Positions 1-14,204 of a stretch of DNA of 64,000 nucleotides are shown in pieces. A program made the position numbers and the translations under genes. The stretch comes from the human T2T-CHM13v2.0 reference genome, Homo sapiens: NCBI RefSeq assembly GCF_009914755.1, contig NC_060925.1; one strand, written 5' to 3'. How positions within the stretch are numbered: the stretch's first letter is position 1; each line of letters begins with the position of its first letter. The notes beneath the pieces were generated by a model. It was not told the origin of the DNA, made no database searches, and saw nothing but the letters and a program-made list of their open reading frames with translations.

Positions 1-929
1 TTATACTATCAATGCATGTTTTAAAATTATTCGTTTGAGTTGTAAATAATTAATGAAAAAGGCATTTTATGTGGCACTGAATCAACCTGTTAGTTTCAGT
101 TGTTCACCCTGGATTTCTTTCATTTAATCGTCTTCTTCTTACTGCAAAGGAGGACATTTATTCATTACTTTGCCCAAATAATACTAACACACTAGCAGAT
201 GGTCACTTTCCAACTGGTTTGTCTTCAGAAAAGAAATTAAAATATTATAGTGCCAGAGAGAGATGTTGTAATGTGTCCCTTTCAAATTAACAGGTCATTC
301 TTTTCAACTATTTTGTAACTGTAAAATAGCTCAATGTCACATAAAAGGCTAAAAGCTAGAGTAAATGGTGTCATGGGAAACATGAAATAAACACAGTGTA
401 ATGGTTTATAGTCTTGTCTTGAACACACTAGGAATATTTCTTTTCTAAAAAGACACAAATTATATGCTACGGTAGTATTTTGGTTTTACTGGATTCTAGT
501 TTAATTAGTTCATATCAAAAGTTAGCACTTGTTTTAAAACGTGTATACATTCTGAAAGAAGATACTTCCCCCAAAACATTTAAAAATACCTTGAATATAT
601 TCTTAAACAAATATGTTAGCCTAGCAAACAATGAAATGAAAACCAAATATGAAAATAATGTATCTTCTTCCTTTACCCCTTCAATGAATGATCTGTAACT
701 CTGATAAAAAGATTAGTTTAGAGATTATTGAATTATTTTAATACTAGGACCAGACTGAAAGTAACATTGTACATTTAGAAATGCAACATATAAATGAGTA
801 GAATTGGAGCCCCACATGATTGGGAAATAAGCTGGAGAAACTGAAGTATGCTTAAAACACAGAGTAATTAGCGAGCAAGCTCAGGAAAAAAAAAATCTCA
901 GAATACTTAGAAGTAGTGTTTGAGGAACT

Positions 930-1040
930 AGAATCATCACAGTTTAAATTATTTGTTTTGACCTTTCTCTGCCACTGAATTGCTGTGTATCTTTGGGCAG
1001 TCACTTAGATCATTTCCTTGACTAGAACAGTAGCAAGTTG
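930..1040 (+). mobile_element. MIR SINE relic
   Basis: ctctgccactgaattgctgtgtatctttgggcagtcacttag resembles the MIR core. Confidence 0.5.
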
Positions 1041-1330
1041 GCTTAGACAACTCTTAAGCCCTTTTTTTAAAGTGTTATAGCTATTTGGTTGGTGATGAAT
1101 TACTTAACCCAGAATTAAAAAAAAAAAAAACAACTTAAAATGCATTTGCCTAAGTGAGCCAGGTAGATTTATAATGAGAAAGAAAGAAGTTTTTATAATA
1201 TTATTTATTCTTCTTCTGAAAAAAATCAAGTGATAATAGAAACCCAAATACAAAATAACTGAATTCGATTTGCATTCCTCCTAATTACTAGCACTGTGAA
1301 CAAAAACAGGTCGTTTAAATATGTTGTATG

Positions 1331-1646
1331 GGCTTGGTGCAGTGGCTCACACCTGTAATCCTAGCACTTTGGGAGGCCGAGGCGGGCTGATCACTTGAGG
1401 CCAGGAGTCCTGAGGCCAGGAGTTTGAGACCAGCCTGGCCAATGTGGTGAAACCCTGTCTCTATTAAAATTACAAAAATTAGCCGGGCTTGTTGGCACGC
1501 ACCTGTAATCCCTGCTACTCAGGTGGCTGAGGCATGAGAATCACTTGAATCCTGGAGGTGGAGGTTGCAGTGAGCCAAGATCTTGTCACTGTGCTCCAAT
1601 CTAGGCGATAGAGTGAGACATTGTATCTAAATAAATAAATAAATAA
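1331..1646 (+). mobile_element. Alu (S/J), full length, (TAAA)n tail
   Basis: Alu dimer; TSD aaatatgttgtat / aaataagttgtat. Confidence 0.95.
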
Positions 1647-2009
1647 GTTGTATTTTGGATCCTCAATAAATAAGTTGTATTTTGGATCCTCATCCGAACA
1701 ATGGAAATTATAATTTTTCTGGTTATCTCACTGTGTCTAAAGCGATGTCCTACTGTGTTGCCTTTTTCAAAGAGTGATCATTTGACTATTCCTATAAGAG
1801 CCCTTATTGGAATGCTTTCTAGCATATTATTTGCCTCAGATACTCCATCTGTGTGGGGAGTTCTTTCTCAAATAGTTGGACACTTTCTGTCTTTTTAAGG
1901 GTAAAATATATGAGACAGCCTTTTCTAATTTGTACAGAGATGAAAAATTAAGTCAGCCTTAAGTTCTTTCTTAACTGAGAGTTTTTCTTAGAAAGTAATT
2001 TTAAGATAT

Positions 2010-2486
2010 TGATGCAGGTTATTTTCCTCCTTAGCTTAACAAGGTTCAGGTTCTTGTCTCAGTACCAGGAAGAAGTAGGCATGCGGACACTTGAAGAGTG
2101 AGTGGTGTAGATTTTATTAAGCGAAAGGAAAGCTCTCAGCAAAGAGAGGGGTCCTGAAACCAGGTTGCCGGGTTCTCCCTTTACAGTTGAATTCGAGGGC
2201 TTCTATATCTGCTTGATGGGGCTGGGTTTTCTATTTGTATAAGGCATGAATTTCTTCTCCCTCCCACCGCCCCCCGCCCCATTCCGTCCAGTGCACACGC
2301 GGGCCCTTAGTCTGAGCCATTCCACATTGATTTATTTCCCTTACTGTGCATGTGTTAAGGGACAGAATTTTTCACCACGGGCATGTTTAGGCAAGCCCCC
2401 TGTGCACAATGACATTGGTGGGTTGGATGTTGTCCTGGGACCCTTCCCTATCTGCCTAGGCATTTGGCTGTCTCCTGCCTCTATCA
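2010..2486 (-). mobile_element. ERV1-class solo LTR (477 bp), antisense to the gene
   Basis: TG...CA termini; 4-bp TSD ATAT (2006-09, 2487-90); minus-strand AATAAA near 2115; GC-rich relative to the flanks. Subfamily not certain. Confidence 0.85.
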
Positions 2487-2759
2487 ATATCTTTTTGTCC
2501 TTCCCTCTCAAATCCCTACTTTAACCAGCGAAGTGGAATATTTGTCTTAAACATTGTGGTGTTATTACTCATCCCACCCCATTTCTTCCTATATTTGTTT
2601 GAAATGCCAGTATACTCATATTGCATAATATAGGATAAACAGGTTTATATGTGGAAGTGTGAAATTATATATTGTTATGAATGGTAGGGGAATTGGTAGA
2701 TCTGGGACTCAAAATGATTGCTAGAACTTTATATATATATATTTTTGGTAAGGCATTAA

Positions 2760-3076
<317 letters not shown>

Positions 3077-3329
3077 GTACTTCAAATATTAGTCCCATGT
3101 TCATGTTTGAAATTGTTTAATCAAAAGTTGTTACAAATAGTACTGAAAAAGGAAAGAAACCTGCCCTTGTGATTGTTCTTGCTCATGGTTATCCTCTCTG
3201 TTCTGTCTGTTCATCCTGCCAGGGTAAGCTGAGATCTCCCTTCCTCCATAATGTATTTTACAGCTCCAGTTCTCATTAGTCTTTACTCTGAGTTCCTACA
3301 CCGCTTACAGTATGCACCACATAATTGAG

Positions 3330-3505
3330 TATTTACTTATATATCCTTCCGTGTATGGATTGGTGATGTTTCATCTGTTTCTTTGCTTCCCCTGTAGACC
3401 TCAGACTATACAAGGTGAAGACAATATTTTGTTTAATCTTTCCCTAAATGTTCCTAAGAATGTGTTAGAGCACCTAAGTGGTGCTCAGTGAATACTAGAT
3501 TGATT
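3330..3505. mobile_element. L2 3'-end relic
   Basis: agagcacctaagtggtgctcagtgaatact resembles the L2 terminus. Confidence 0.45.
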
Positions 3506-5267
3506 TGTTTTTTTCCTTTTCTCCATTTCCTTTCACTGAGTGTGAAAATTGCTAGAAATCACACACCATCCCCCCTTTTTTTCCTGAGTCTATCTTTTTA
3601 ATGGGCCTCTCTTCTTTCCTGGTATGCCAAGATAGATGTACTACAAAAGTCTGTATATAGAATTTGTACAATTTGTTTCTTGATTTTAAGTATATGAAGA
3701 AAAACGTGGACATAGAGAAATGATGATTCATAATATGTTCTAATTAGAAATGTGAAAGTTGGTTAAACATTAAAAAATCAGCTTGGTGTTACAGATGTGT
3801 TTTTTTTCCCTTTCTTAATTGTTTGAAGTTTGCAGAATTTACTGTTTTCTACCGTAACTAAGAGATATGCTTTCTGGCAGACCTATTGAAGAATTTGGTT
3901 TATGCCAAATATACTACTAATAATTTAAATGTCCCACATAGTTAGGATCTTTTGGTATTCATCAGAGTAAAAATTAATTTTATCTTAAAAACTAGAGTAA
4001 AAAACCTTTTTTTAAACAGTAAAAAATCTGCTTTCTGCAAACTGTGTCCAGATAACCAGAGCTGTTTAGCTGGATAATGAAACAGTAAATGTGAAAGCAA
4101 TTTGAAGAACATACACATTAACATTATGGTTAGAAGAGTGAGGGATGGAATGCCTTTTGTATCCATGACATATTTCAAACAGAAAAATATGCAATCTGTT
4201 TTCATAGTTCATAAGATGCTCCACAATCCCCTCTCAACCAGTTCTGGTAGATAATTAAGACCTAACACATTTATTGTATGTAATGAATAATTTCTCTAAT
4301 GCATCTAGAATTCAACAGAATTGGGAAATAGCCCTCAAATAATTTTATGTGGGGCTTTATTTTCTTGTGGAACCCTAGTTGAGAAAGGCTATGCAATCTC
4401 TTTTAACCTCTATTTGAACAGAATCTTATTTTGTCACGTATATGTTTGAAGACCTTAACCCTTCTAGATTATTTTTACTTGACCCAATTACTTAGTGGTT
4501 AAGAATGTATTGCCTATACAATACAGTCCAAATCTGGTTGGCCCTATTTGTTTTCTAAAGTTTTAAATGTAGCTATGTTTTATTGACAGCATTTTTGCTA
4601 CTTAATTATGTCTTTTCTTGACAGCTCAAACTGTCTCTGTTTACTCTTATTTAGAATGCAGCTGGCAACAGCAGTTGGTTTGTGAAACCCAGGCATATAA
4701 TTAACTTCCCCAGTTAAGGTATGGTTTGTTTCATTGGAAGAGAAAGAATTTTGGGGGTATGTTTCTTTAGTCTGAGAAGTAATGCAGTTTATTTTCAGTA
4801 TGGTATATTTTATGTGACAGAACATAAGCAGAGAATTTTTTAAAAAATTATAACATTCTAACATTACTTGAGCACTAAAGTGCTACAAAAAATACTTTGT
4901 TATTATTTGAACCACGAAAATCAGATATTAGCATTCAGCGTAAATGTCAAATTAACACAGGCCAGTAGGAACATTTGTGATCATGTTCTTCTCACATCTA
5001 CTTGCATGGATAATGAAGCTTTGACTATTGCTTTGATGTAGATTTTTGGAGGAAATCCTCCTCCTATTTCCAAGACACTTTGTAGTTACTAATTCTAAGA
5101 GAATATAAGCGAATCCATTTATTTAAAATAAAATAAAAATGGGGGGAAAGATATTTAAGCAATAAATTTCATACCATGAGATTTTTTATATCCTGGTTAC
5201 TTTAAAACCCAGTAAGCTGCCCTGGGTTCTCTCCTGATACTGCACAGAACTTTTGTTTTACATCCTC

Positions 5268-5423
5268 GTCTTCCTATTATTAGTTCAACTATATTGTTTT
5301 TCTCTTTCCAGCACTCTATCTGGATTTTTGTAATTATTACTGTCTTCCTATTACTAGTTCAACTATATTGTTTTTCTCTTTCTAGCACTCTATCTGGATT
5401 TTTGTAATTATTACTGTCTTCCT
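5268..5423. repeat. 74-bp tandem duplication
   Basis: Units start at 5268 and 5342, with a partial unit gtcttcct at 5416; 2 C/T differences. Confidence 0.95.
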
Positions 5424-5595
5424 TTATCAGTTTTAAAAGTTAAGATATGTGGTATTTTTGAGATCAGAATTGTAGCCATTATATTGATGTGCTGCAGATA
5501 TTAAGAGAAAAAGTCCTTAGTTGCCAGCTTTTTGTATACTCAAGTGTTATGGATTCTTAAGAATAAATGTTTCTTTGTTTTCATATGAAATTGTC

Positions 5596-5876
5596 TTTTT
5601 TTTTTTTTAGGATACATGTCTTACTTTGTCACCCAGTCTAGAGTGCAGTGGTTTGGTTCCCTTCAGCCTTGATCTCCTGGGCTCAAGTGATCCTCCCCCC
5701 TCAGCCCCCAGAATAGCCGGGACTTTAGGCATGTGCGACAACTCCCAACTAACTTTTGTACTTTTTGTAGAGACGGGGTTTTGCCACATTACCCAGGCTG
5801 GTCTTGAACTCCTGAGCTCAAGCTTTGTAATCCCAAAGTACTGGAATTACAGGCACGAGCCACCGCGCCCATCCCA
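5596..5876 (-). mobile_element. AluJ, diverged, internally deleted
   Basis: PolyT followed by antisense AluJ sequence (ctcctgggctcaagtgatcctcc). Confidence 0.9.
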
Positions 5877-7712
5877 AACTGCCTTCCTTTTTGCCCAGCC
5901 CATGAGAACAACCTGTGCTAGTGAATGATTTTTAAAGAATCTTGCTACTTTTTTCTGCCTGGGATTATGTGTTGACTGAATATAGTTTCCTAAGAGATAC
6001 TGTTGATTTTTTTAAACTAAACGTCTACCAGACTTTCTGCTCTGTTGTTCCAAAATTGGACAATTTCCTGCCTGGTATTTTATTTTTAAGTTGAAAATGG
6101 GAAAATTGCTAATGATGTTGAAAGCAAAAATGGTATTGAATGCTTTCTGACTAAACATATATTGAACAAAGCAAAACACTATGTATCTGCTCTTTCATAT
6201 AACATTCGGAAACTCTTGTGACATAATCAGGGCTATTTTCTGTATAAGATGGGGAGGTAGGCTTATAAATATGCTACGTAAGTGACCAGCTCTAGAGGAA
6301 CCTGATACGAATGTGACCCCATACTGAGTTTAAGTAAATAAAACAGAAATAATGAATATATAGAATCATGACCCTTCCTGCTGATGAAGAAAATCATTTT
6401 GATTTTTGATATAGAGTGATAGAATGAAAACTATATTGGTAATATTGCTTATATTATATAGTAGTTGAAGTGAGTAGAGATAAATTCATAATTGAGTGAT
6501 CTGTAAAAGAGTGTTCCAGAATAACATATGGCAAAATGAACTGAAGGAGGACTTTTGAAAACAAATAGAATTATGTTGGAAAACAAGTGTCTTTAATGGA
6601 TTAGTTAAGGAAGTAAAAATAATTAATATAAAGCAAGGGAAACAGTGTATGGAGTTAGAGACATAAAATTGCCAATTTATTTATTGATTTTGTTTTATAA
6701 TAGTTATTATTTGAAAAACGACCAATACGAATAAATAGAAGTAAGGAGGGGAAAGTGAAGGAAAACTGTTTTTAGCTGGTATCATCTATTTGGCAATGTC
6801 TTTACTGTTATGCTTATAATACTTGATTTATAAATGTTAACTGTAACATATTCATGTAAATATTTGTGTTTATTTTATATATGACTCTTTTAACCTGATG
6901 TTTCATCTCTATTTTCAGAGGAATTTAAAAAAAATGTTTAACTTTAGACATTAGCGATTACTGGTTCAGAAACAAGTCTTCTAATGATAAATTAATTCAT
7001 TAGTAAAAACTTCCCATAAACACAGCTGCTAAGGCCTGCCAAATTGGCACCTTGGTTCCACGTCTTATCCAGGGCTTGACAAGAATATACTACTGCTTAC
7101 TTAGTTAATTACTGCTCACAGATAGAAAAGGAAAGGCCTTTAATTCAGCATTTGTATCGTCGCATGGCCCTGTTCAGTCAAGCTGAGTGCATGTTACATG
7201 ATTGCCTGAGAGGAACAGAAAAGCTAGTTTCTCAGTCTCTAACCAGAATGCATGATAAGGCTTGGTGTCAAAAAGGGCAAGATGGGGATCACAGCAATTA
7301 TGGCAGAGGCAAAGTAGTTACTTTGACAACCAGATTGAGGATTCATTGCGATTTATTATTTACTACTTGAAAATCTCACTCTGATTTAATTAAGGGTTGA
7401 GATTTCCATGAAGTCTGTCTTTTCTAAATTTGAGCACCCTGTTACTGTTGTTTATGTGTGCACTGAAATAATCTCAAACTGATGTTACTCCAAAACTGTG
7501 ACGAATTAGGCTTAACATGTAGTTTTTTGAAAATTTAGACAGGTCAGATAACAGTTAACTGAAATTAACTGGATCTTATATTGGGCGATGGTAATCAATG
7601 CTTACTAGTAACTTAGTAACATTGACTCCCTGGGTATCTTCAAAGCAGCCTGGTTGTAATAAGTGAATTTTATCTTTTTTGTTGAAAGCAGCTTTAAATA
7701 ATTTATACCTGA

Positions 7713-8069
<357 letters not shown>

Positions 8070-9987
8070 GGTACACCTTTTATATTGCCCAAATTATAGT
8101 CTATAAAATGTGATTGTAATCAGATAATTCTTGGCCAGAAAACGAAAGTTCACCTTCTTAGAGTGAGTTAACCATTAGGTAATTTTGTATTTTATGTTTT
8201 TTTCTTCCCAAGTATTCCTGAAATGCTTTTTACCTTTGCAGATGTAACTCAGTTGACTACTTATTCAGCATTAATTAATAATAAAATATGATAGGCTTTT
8301 CAACCTATGATTTTTATTTAAACAAAACCTTTCAAATAAAAATAATTTTAAACCTGTATTTGATTTCTATTTAAAATGGAGTGTTTTCATATACTCTTTT
8401 AAATTAAAATAGTGTCTGCTTAGCTCGTTTACATTCTTTCTGTCAGAATGTCTGCCTCAGGATTCTATATATAATTAATGTAAGAAAAACAAGAGGGTAA
8501 TCCCTTGGTAGAAAACTGGTAATGGACTAAAAGACCATAGCTCTGAAATTCCAGTAATGTGACACATTTTCTCTGAAAGATGCACTTAGGCCCGATATCT
8601 AGAGATATTAAAAAGTGCCCCCTATTTTAATTAGCTAAAGATAGACATTCCTAATATATTTTGTTGTATGTTTAATATGGAATATTATAAGTAAATTCAT
8701 ACACTGATACTAAATACGATTTGAGAAGAATTACTGCTTTGGTGAGAAGAGAGCTTTGAGTGTCACTTGAAGCTTCAAATTTCTTACTGAACCAATTGAT
8801 AAAATGTACAAAATGTGTATTGAGAATGTGCAGAACAGCCACCCAGGTAGTTTGATCAGTGTCTTTCTACATAGTGCCTAACATGAACTAGTTTAAGAAA
8901 CTTGAGGAATCCACATAACTATCCTTGGTTCCAATTTTTTAATTAAAAAGTTTAGACTAGAGCAGTGCTTTTCAAATTGTGATTTCCAACCCATTATCAG
9001 TTTGTAAGCACAGTATTTAGTGGGTTACAATCATCACTTATGAAAGAGAGCAAATATCAGAGCACAGTTTATATAATGAGTATTATTTCATGAAATTTGC
9101 ATTAATTATATGTTCATATCTTAAGGGTACATTGTTTTGATATAACATGTCATACTTAAGGAATGCAGTAAAAATATATAAAAGGAAACACCGGGCTGCA
9201 TGATCCTAAAAATCTCTCCCAGTTCCAACATTCCCAAGTGAAATTTTAAACATGTAGCTCTTCCTTAAGTAGCATTATATCATTATGTTATTTCAATAGA
9301 ATTTGTCACATGCAGATGCATTTTGGGAGAAAAAGAGGAGAAAGGTGCAAGACTTGATATTCTGAGAGACTAATACCTATATAAATTGTAATTATTCCTA
9401 ATTGCTATGTGTGATAATTTAGGCCTGCACAAAATTGCTGAGAGCATATCAAACAAATGATTAGTTCTCATTGTCAGGCCCAGAAAATACCTCGTGACTA
9501 ATATTAGAGTACATCCTTTAAAGATGAGTATGATTTCATTCATTTGGGATAGAGAATTCAGGGAAAGAGTCTGGATACTTTGGCTGTGGCTAGACAGTCA
9601 AGCGGCCTTCTATGCCATACTTAGGCATTTGGAATTTATCTTAAAAGACCAGGGAAAGCTGTCAAACCCATTCAGCCTGCTAGGATTAGCTCTCCTTTTA
9701 GAACGATGAAAGTAGTAATGTGATTGTTGAACTCAAGTAGAGAAAAATTCAAGGTATGGAGACAATAAGTTACAAGAATTTCAGAAGGTCAGCTATAAAC
9801 GTAGAAACTCCTCTTTTGATAAAGAGTGAAATACAACTCTTTATCAAAAGCTTGACAGTGCTCATACAACATACGAATTGAGTTTCACTTTAGTATTTTG
9901 GAAATACTGGAACAGCTTTCAGTACCTTTGCAAAATGCCCAAGTAAATGTATGTGAAATGTTGAAAGACTTAAATGAGTCCGGCATA

Positions 9988-11478
9988 TAGGAAAACCTTG
10001 TTTTATTGAGCTTTGTAGATATTGCATTGTTTTTTTATTTTATTTATTTATTTTTTTGAGATGGAGTCTTGCTCTGTAACCCAGGCTGGAGCGCAGTGGT
10101 GCAATCTCGCTCACTGCAAGCTCTGCCTCCTGGGTTCACGCCATTCTCCCGCCTCAGCCTCCCGAGTAGCTAGGACTACAGGCGCCCGCCACCGCGCCCG
10201 GCTAATTTTGTTTTTGTATTTTTAGTAGAGACGGGGTTTCACCTTGGCACCTTAGTAGACCCAGGATGTTCTCGATCTCCTGACCTCGTGATCTGCCCCC
10301 CTTGGCCTCCCAAAGTGCTGGGATTACAAGTGTGAACCACTGCGCCCGGCCTGCTTTTTTTATAAATTGAAGGTTTATGGAAACCTTGTTTCCCACAAGT
10401 CTTATCAGCACCATTTTTCCAGCAGTATGTGCTCACTTCATGTGTCTGTGTCACATTTTGTTAATTCCCACAATATTTCAAGTTTTTCTATTATATCTGT
10501 TATGGTGATCTGTAATCAGTGATCTTTGATATTATTATAACTATTTGATGTGTATTATTGTAATTGGAGTGCCATGAATCATGCCCATTCCAGACGATGA
10601 ACTTAAGGAATATTAGGTTTTCTGACTGCTCCACCAACTGGCCCTTCCCTGTCTCTCCCCCTCTCATCAGGCCTCCCTATTCCCTGAGACACAAAAATTT
10701 TGAAATTAACCAATTAATAATCCTACAACGGCCTATATATGTTCAAGTGAAATGAAAAGTTGCACATTTCTTCATATTAAATCAAAAGATAGAAATGATT
10801 AAGCTTAGTGAGGAAGGCATATCAAAAGCTTAGACAGAACGAAATCTCGGCCTCTTGTGCCAGTTAGCCAAGTCGTGAATGCAAGGAAAAAGTTCTTGAA
10901 GTAAATTAAAAGTGCTACTTCAGTGAACACATAGATGATAAGAAAGTGAAACAGCTTTTGTTGCTTATATGGAGAAAGTTTTAGTGGTCTGGAGAGAAGA
11001 TCAAACCAGTCTCAAGATTCTCTTAAGCCAAAGCATAATCCAGAGCAAGGCCCCAACTGTCTTCAATTCTATGAACGCTGAGAGGTGAGGAAGATGTGGA
11101 GGAAAGTTTACAGTTACCAGAGGTTAGCTCATGGGGCTGAAGGAAAGAAGCCATTGTTCCCATAACATAGAAAGTGGGAGGTAAAGCAGCAAGTGTTGAT
11201 ATAGAAGCTGCAGCAAGTTATGCAGAAGATCTAGCTAAGATCATTGATGGAGGTGGCTACACTAAACAACAGATTTTAAATATAGACAAAACAGCCTTCT
11301 GTTGGAAGAAGATGCCCTCTAGACTCTTCATAGCTGAAGAGAAGTCAGTGTCTGGCTTCAGAGTTTCAAAGGACAGACTGTCTTGTTAGGGGCTAATGCA
11401 GCTGGTGACTTTAAGTTGAAGCTAATATTCATTTACCATTTCAAAAATCCTTGGGCCATTAGGAATTATGTTAAGTCT
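9988..11478 (+). mobile_element. Tigger1 (TcMar-pogo) DNA transposon, 5' part with decayed transposase, 3' truncated
   Basis: TA + Tigger1-like 5' end (…accttgttttattg). ORF fragments 11174-11389 and 11383-11478 read [39 protein letters not shown] / [12 protein letters not shown], typical of the Tigger1/TIGD1 transposase, with frameshifts. Confidence 0.92.
10030..10351 (-). mobile_element. AluY nested in Tigger1
   Basis: AluY diagnostics; Tigger1 resumes at tttttttataaattgaaggtttatgg. Confidence 0.95.
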
Positions 11479-13559
11479 GAGGAATACAGATGTACCCACC
11501 CTTCTCTTTGCCTTTTTATCAAGACTCAGTGTACAAGGATTGTATGTGTGGGTCACCTCGGTCTCCTCTGCTTTAATGCTCCTCATCTCTGGCAATAAAT
11601 TACTTCTCTTTGAAAAACTTAACATTTATTAATGTGAATTTTGGGATCTTATGCACATAATTTATACGAGCACTAACTTGTCATCCTGTCTCTGAATTGA
11701 ATCTTTTGATAGTTTCCTGATATAGTTTATGCTGTGTCTTCTGTTAGAGGAGGCTTTAAAAGGAGGGAGCTCTTGATCCCTATAGGAGAAGCAGAGCAGA
11801 TAGAAGGGCATTCCAAGTGGGGAGAATACTGTGAAGAACGCTACAAAGACAGGAATTCACATACCAGATTTTATATAGTGAATATTTAAGACTCAATTCC
11901 ATAGTGTAAACAGATTAACTTTGTTATTTAAATAAATTATATGGAAAAAATTAATTTTGGAATTTTCTACTATAGCAGCTTGGTGCCACAGGTACCATTT
12001 GTTTCTTTTATAGAAAATTTATTTTCGGAAAAACAGTTCATCCATCTACCTTTCAGCATGTCAAGGTTAACTCAACAGCCAAGTGCCAGCCGTGGGAGAT
12101 ACTGGGAAGAAACTTGGACTAAGTTGGGGGTCGGGGAGAATTTGGAACAAACAGCAAAAAGGTAATTAAGAGTTGGGAGAGGTGGGGATTAGGAAAAATG
12201 TATGCAATATATAGGAATATTTTGCTTGAGCAAAATATCTCTTATTGAATCAATGTGTTGGGGCACACATCACGCAGGGGAAATGTATCTTAGCTGTGAT
12301 AAGGGAACTGTGGTGTAGGGTGCAGAGATACACGCAGTCTTTGAAAAAACTGGCCCATCTCCATGTTCACCTAGGTCTACAGTCTGGTAGCTCTGAACCA
12401 GTAAGATTATAGAAATCTTGATATCTTCTCTTTGGTTCTCAGGGTGAGAAATTGTATATTTTTAGATTGTTCCCACAAAGGGGACAGAATTTCTGTTATT
12501 CTCCTGGGCCGAGTGCCTTTTTGTTCATCTACTCACCTTAACCCAAGTCCCGTTTCTTGGTACCTCAGGGTTGGCAGCCATCTTCATTAGCTCTCTTATT
12601 ACTGAACCTAGTTGGTTTAGATGAACTGGTCACTGTTAGTCCAAAAAGGGTTTCCAGTTCTTGTTTTTGTTTTTTATTTCCCCCCATGCATGTATATAGA
12701 AGTATAATTTTAGTCTTTTACATACTTTTCTGGGAACCCATTCCCAAATCACTAAATATTATTATAGTATTATTTCTAATATTTATTTTTACTGTATTTA
12801 TATTATTTAACATTATATTGTTTTTTATTCTATTACATTGTTTTATGATGTTTTGCATCATATTCCATTTTGTCAATATAGTTTTAAAATACTTCTTTAC
12901 TTTGGACCTTCAGTTTGTCTCAACATTTTTATTCATAAATTTTATCTAAATCTTAGTCAAGTTTTTTGGTTATTGTTAGAGTATGTTGTTCTTGCAAATG
13001 GGATTTGGTAAAGCTCTTCTCAGAAAGACTGTACCGCCTCATAATTTCAGAAATATATGATGCTGTCTGTTTTAAAACAGCCATACAAACAAATCCTTGG
13101 TAATTTGATAGGAGAAAATGTCACCATATTTTAAATTTTTGATGCCTTTTTGTCCTTGCCAATTAAATTGAGCATTACATGTTTATTTCCTACTTAAATT
13201 TATTTCATTTTCCCTTTCCATTTCTTACCTACTTTGAAATTGATACTCTTTATTTGTAAGCACTTTTATGTAGAGTATTTAACCTTGAGTTACTCGTTTA
13301 GACAGCTGATCTTTTTTTGCTCCACTACACGGCTTTTCAATATAGAATGCTTCAGTTTGAGGTAGATCGATTTATCTGTCTTTTGGTGGTTTTTATTTCA
13401 TGAATCCGAATTTATTGCTATTTTGAGATCAGATTTACCCATATTTTCTTGTTAGTATTATTGTTATTCTAACACTGAAATTATTAACGCATTTATGTTT
13501 GGAGGTCTTTTGTAACTAGAACTTAGTCCTTTGCAGAACATAATAAGTGTGGCTAATAA

Positions 13560-13590
<31 letters not shown>

Positions 13591-13594
13591 TGTG
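13560..13594. repeat. (TG)n microsatellite
   Basis: Seen directly. Confidence 0.95.
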
Positions 13595-14204
13595 GTTTTA
13601 TTTCAGAGTTGCTTTATTTTAATTTATGATGAATTTCAGTTTCTATTAGAGTAGTGCTTTTAGGTTGAGATACATTTTTTTATCCATCAATCTTTGTACC
13701 ATCACTGTGAATTAATTTAATATCATGACTGCTTTTCAAATGAAGAGATTGGGGACTGATATTTGAAGTGATTTATCCAATGTCACAGAGCTCTTTAAGG
13801 GATAGAACAAGGATTCCAAGCCAAGTCAGTTAACTCCTTGTCCGGAATTACTTTTTACTGTAAAATAGTTACCCATTTTAGAATTAAACACTTCAGATTT
13901 AAGTAGTTTGATCTCAATAATATCTGTACAGATTAAATTAATATCTTAGGGGGAAGTAATACTTAAGAGGAGCATTTAAAAAATGTAGTTATTGACCTAA
14001 TTATTTCCCCACCCACCACACTCCCTGTAGGATTTTCATAAGCAGAGAATTATATTCTAAGATTGTGTTCTTATTTCATTAGCACTGTGATAAGCCATAA
14101 GAATTGTGTTTTACTATCTTTAATCTGTTCTACTCCATATCAAAACATTCATTGACAAGAGGAGATTGTAGTCTATTCACTGATTTTGTCCAAACCAGTT
14201 GGAA

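Noticed and set aside
3190-3230. Pyrimidine tract + cag|g|gtaagc
   Set aside because: One base off a recursive AG|GT, and I could not define a convincing partner acceptor for a cryptic exon.
11174-11598. Transposase ORFs as a functional TIGD-like gene
   Set aside because: Frameshifted, start codon decayed, and truncated at about 11478 within the DDE domain.
12557-12949. 130-aa hydrophobic ORF resembling a membrane protein
   Set aside because: A product of T-rich low-complexity sequence, with a non-ATG start and no splice or homology support.
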